A stretch of DNA of 64,000 nucleotides from Bdellovibrionales bacterium (lineage in GTDB: Bacteria > Bdellovibrionota > Bdellovibrionia > Bdellovibrionales > UBA1609), in contig CBDCMT010000001.1 of NCBI GenBank assembly GCA_965219095.1, forward strand, positions 1,792,001-1,856,000, in the 5' to 3' direction. The notes under the pieces are model-generated. The model saw only the letters and a program-made list of their open reading frames with translations, was not told the origin of the DNA and searched no databases. A program made the position numbers and the translations under genes. Numbering within the stretch: the stretch's first letter is position 1; every line of letters begins with the position of its first letter. This document shows, one piece after another, positions 61,140-64,000 of the stretch.

Positions 61140-63064
61140 CCTGAAATCTGTTAATTTTGGTACTAGGTTTTTATTCGGCCCTCGTAATGCGTCACATTAG
61201 TTGGAGGGGATTTTACAACTTAAAGCTGTGTGGGATTTCCCGAGTCACATTAAAAGCTTTATAAAGGCTCTTTTGCTTACCGGACAACTCTCCTAATCTT
61301 GTTTGTCCTGTGGCCAATTTATAGAACTTTAATTTGTCTAAAATTTTATAGACCTCTGTTTTTGAAAATTTCTTGTACAGATTCTTTTCTTTCATCACAT
61401 TATTTATGTGAGAGATTAAAATTAAAGCTATAAAGTTAATAAATAAACTTCCTCTCATGGTTTGTAGCGAATGAGTCCTCGCTCGCTTTTCATTTATATC
61501 ATGCTTGAAAGACAAAAAAATCTTTTCAATGCTATCTTTGTTTCTATACAACTCTAAGATCTCATCTTTTGAAAGCTTTTGATCGCAATCGGTAAGTAAA
61601 ATCAACACACCCATTTTTCGCATCTGCTTTTTAATATAATCCAAATCTTTCGAAATAAAAAAACCTCCCTTTTTCTTGACAACTGTAAAGCGCTTCTTGG
61701 CACTCTTTAAGGTTTCTGCTATGCACTCATCGCACTCTTTCTTTGTCCTAAATTTCTTCTTAGAAAATCTTCGCTCAAAACAATCCAACTTCAATAGCAT
61801 TTCATTTTTTTTAGACACCCTTCTCTTTTCATCCAAATATATATGAGCCATACAACGAGTCTTTCCAATTTTAATTTCTCGTTTGCAGTAAGAATAAACT
61901 TGACCACGGAATACAAACGAAGAGGGAATTGAATCAAGCTCCTTACTCACAGATCCCAATAAAGCATGGGATAGACTCGTACTAAAGCTCATAGGGACGA
62001 TATACGATGAAGCCTCCCTGTTTAAATCTTTTATGTTTTCTTGGCTGTAAAACCCTTTATCTAAAACAAAACACTTCAAATCTAAATCGTATTCCTTGGC
62101 TAACTGTAACACGCTCCTTAATGACACAACATCAGTAATACTGCCCGGATACAATCGATAACCCAAAGGAAGGCTTGAACTTCCTTTGCCTAAACCTTCC
62201 TTGCTCTGACTTAAAACTCCTAAATTGACTTGATCCAAAGACTCACCATCTCGATTATAACCCCTTTCTAAAAACTCATTCTTAACACCATAAGAAGATA
62301 TAGATGTAATATCAAACATAAAAACTCTGGAGCTTTCTCTGTGTACACCAACCCACTCCATAAAAAATCTCTCCACTCTCTGCTCGTCTAAACCTATAGA
62401 TAAAAGAAAATTACTTATGTCCGGTGAATTAAGACAATTCTTGGAAGAAACAAAAGATTCTTGACACCAATACGGATAAAGATAATAAGCTTCCCCCCTA
62501 ATCACTTTAAAAAAAGACAAATAAAGAACCTTCTCATATTCTTTCGGAAAAACTTTCTTTAACACCTTCACTAAATTTAATTGCTTGCTGATCTCTCGCA
62601 AAAGATGCACCCCCCCAACACCTACAGAACCTATAGGATGTTTGTTCAACTTGGCTTCAAGCTTCCCCGTAGATTGATTCTTCTTGCCCAAATAAACTCT
62701 TCTCTGACGAGATTGTTTTTTTTCTTTGTCCCAGTAACTGCTTATCTCATACACATAGATGCTTCCATTTCTTTTCTCTTCATACCTATAAGACATAGTT
62801 CAAATTGAACTATGTTTTAGGGGCTTTGTCAACTCCCTGTTGATGGCTCAAAACTCTTAACGACAGAATCAAATTTCAATCCAAAAACAGAGCCTATGAA
62901 AAACATAGCTTTAAAAAGACCTATAAAAATAGTGTGTTATAAGTTCTCCAGAAAAACTCAATGAGACTAAATTAACTCGTTCTTATGATTTATCAGGAGT
63001 ATTCTGTTGAAAAAAAACAGGCTCTTAGTCCTGAAACCTAGTACCAAAATTAACAGATTTCAGG
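61140..63064 (-). mobile_element. IS1634-family IS, complete, 6-bp target duplication AAACTT
   Basis: IRs CCTGAAATCTGTTAATTTTGGTACTAGGTTT; TSD at 61134-61139 and 63065-63070. Confidence 0.92.
61213..62796 (-). CDS. IS1634 transposase
   Basis: FDITSISSY, GYNRD...QVNLG, DKGFYS and Y..K..IEK.F...K. Confidence 0.92.
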   Translation of the reverse strand: MSYRYEEKRNGSIYVYEISSYWDKEKKQSRQRRVYLGKKNQSTGKLEAKLNKHPIGSVGVGGVHLLREISKQLNLVKVLKKVFPKEYEKVLYLSFFKVIRGEAYYLYPYWCQESFVSSKNCLNSPDISNFLLSIGLDEQRVERFFMEWVGVHRESSRVFMFDITSISSYGVKNEFLERGYNRDGESLDQVNLGVLSQSKEGLGKGSSSLPLGYRLYPGSITDVVSLRSVLQLAKEYDLDLKCFVLDKGFYSQENIKDLNREASSYIVPMSFSTSLSHALLGSVSKELDSIPSSFVFRGQVYSYCKREIKIGKTRCMAHIYLDEKRRVSKKNEMLLKLDCFERRFSKKKFRTKKECDECIAETLKSAKKRFTVVKKKGGFFISKDLDYIKKQMRKMGVLILLTDCDQKLSKDEILELYRNKDSIEKIFLSFKHDINEKRARTHSLQTMRGSLFINFIALILISHINNVMKEKNLYKKFSKTEVYKILDKLKFYKLATGQTRLGELSGKQKSLYKAFNVTREIPHSFKL

Positions 63065-64000
63065 AAACTTCCAAAGCCTTTCTATAGGATTTAAATTCGG
63101 TGAGTACGGAGGAAGATAAACAAGTTTTATATTCAACTCTTTCGCGAACTTCTTGACAGACTTCGATCTATTGTATCCGGCCCCATCTAAGATAAGATGA
63201 ATCTCTTTTTCATCGGGATGCTTCTTGCGAAGATGATGGAGCATATCACATATAGAAACATGGTTAACTGTCTTATGACTCCTGACTACCGTCTTCAAAC
63301 TATTGATCTCAATAGCTCCACAAACATTCACTCTTTTTCTCCAGCCTGAATTGGTCTTCACTTCAAACTTCTTACCCTCTCTTATCCAACCATATGAAAT
63401 CGTAGGGCCCCACTCAGGATGTGTGGAATCAGCAAAGTAAACAGGACCGTCTTTCTTCTTAATTCTCTTGTATTTACGCACAAACTTTTCCTGCTCTTCT
63501 TTCTTTACCTTACCTGGTATCGCTGTGGCTTTTTTATAAGAAAAACCAAGGCGATGGAGAAGATCAATTACACCACTTGTTAAAGTACGTAACACCAAAA
63601 TTCTCCTCAATGAACTGAATAAGGGCCTGTGATGATGGAAAAATTCTTTTCTCTAATTCCTTTAAAAGCATTTTCTCCTCTTTCTTAGTTAAAAAGGACC
63701 TTTTAGGGTTGTAATTGTCGTTGATTAAGCACTCTATCCCACCTTTGTTATAAGGATCTCTATAGGCTCTTATCGTGCCCTCATCAATGAAAAGAAAACG
63801 GGAAATATCTTTACACAACTCACCTTTATCTAAATGGAGAATTGTCATAATCCTTTTTGCGTATTTAAGATTTTTCTCTAGAGATAGTTCATAGAGTAAA
63901 TCTTTTCGCTCTTTTTTTGATAGAAACCCTGATATATGAAACTATTTTTAAAAATAAATGACTTTTTATCAAGACCTTAGAATAAAAACTAGACCTCAAC

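Larger units (their letters stand above)
60965..64000 (-). mobile_element. IS630-family element, frameshifted and interrupted by IS1634; left end outside window
   Basis: YFADSTH, LILDGAGYN and LPPYSPNLNPIERLWK; C-terminus resumes at 61139-60987; terminus TATAGTGCTTCCG. Confidence 0.88.

Noticed and set aside
2495..62808. Numerous 60-120-aa ORFs antisense or nested within long genes (e.g. 2495, 21413, 27711, 36171, 47116, 62581)
   Set aside because: Shadow ORFs of well-supported genes with no motifs.

Overview
AT-rich bacterial DNA, probably Bdellovibrionota-like; the taxon is inferred from a DUF4423/TIGR02147-type regulator, sigma28-type promoters and gene content. Bases 1-5.4 kb are core genome: mtaB (partial), mnmA, a cysteine desulfurase, a hypothetical gene, ihfA, a MerR regulator and tRNA-Pro(GGG). 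The rest of the window is a large accretion island starting at the tRNA 3' end. It has five parts. (i) An apparently intact compact ICE backbone: tyrosine integrase, Xis, Replic_Relax-type relaxase, VirD4-like coupling protein, VirB2-10-like T4SS and a collagen-like lipoprotein, with a divergent HTH/DUF4423 regulatory locus and a palindrome array. (ii) Cargo and defence genes: a Cys-repeat/BspA lipoprotein, a type ISP R-M enzyme, an REase-STAND protein, DprA+PRTase, SIR2+HNH, an AlbA_2 ATPase and type I R-M fragments. (iii) Three related large serine recombinase (LSR) modules. Their recombination site appears to lie inside the last codons of the LSR gene itself, and two of them are joined tail-to-tail at a palindromic CG crossover. 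One module is preceded by duplicated ~290-bp hairpins covering the start of an acidic Zn-ribbon gene. (iv) A decayed second virB4, an ankyrin gene and a tandem pair of secreted nucleotidyltransferase(+ART-like) proteins. (v) ISL3, IS1634 and IS630 elements and several MITEs. No CRISPR array or reverse transcriptase was seen, and no second copy of the tRNA 3' end was found. All family calls come from motif recognition by eye; no database search was run.
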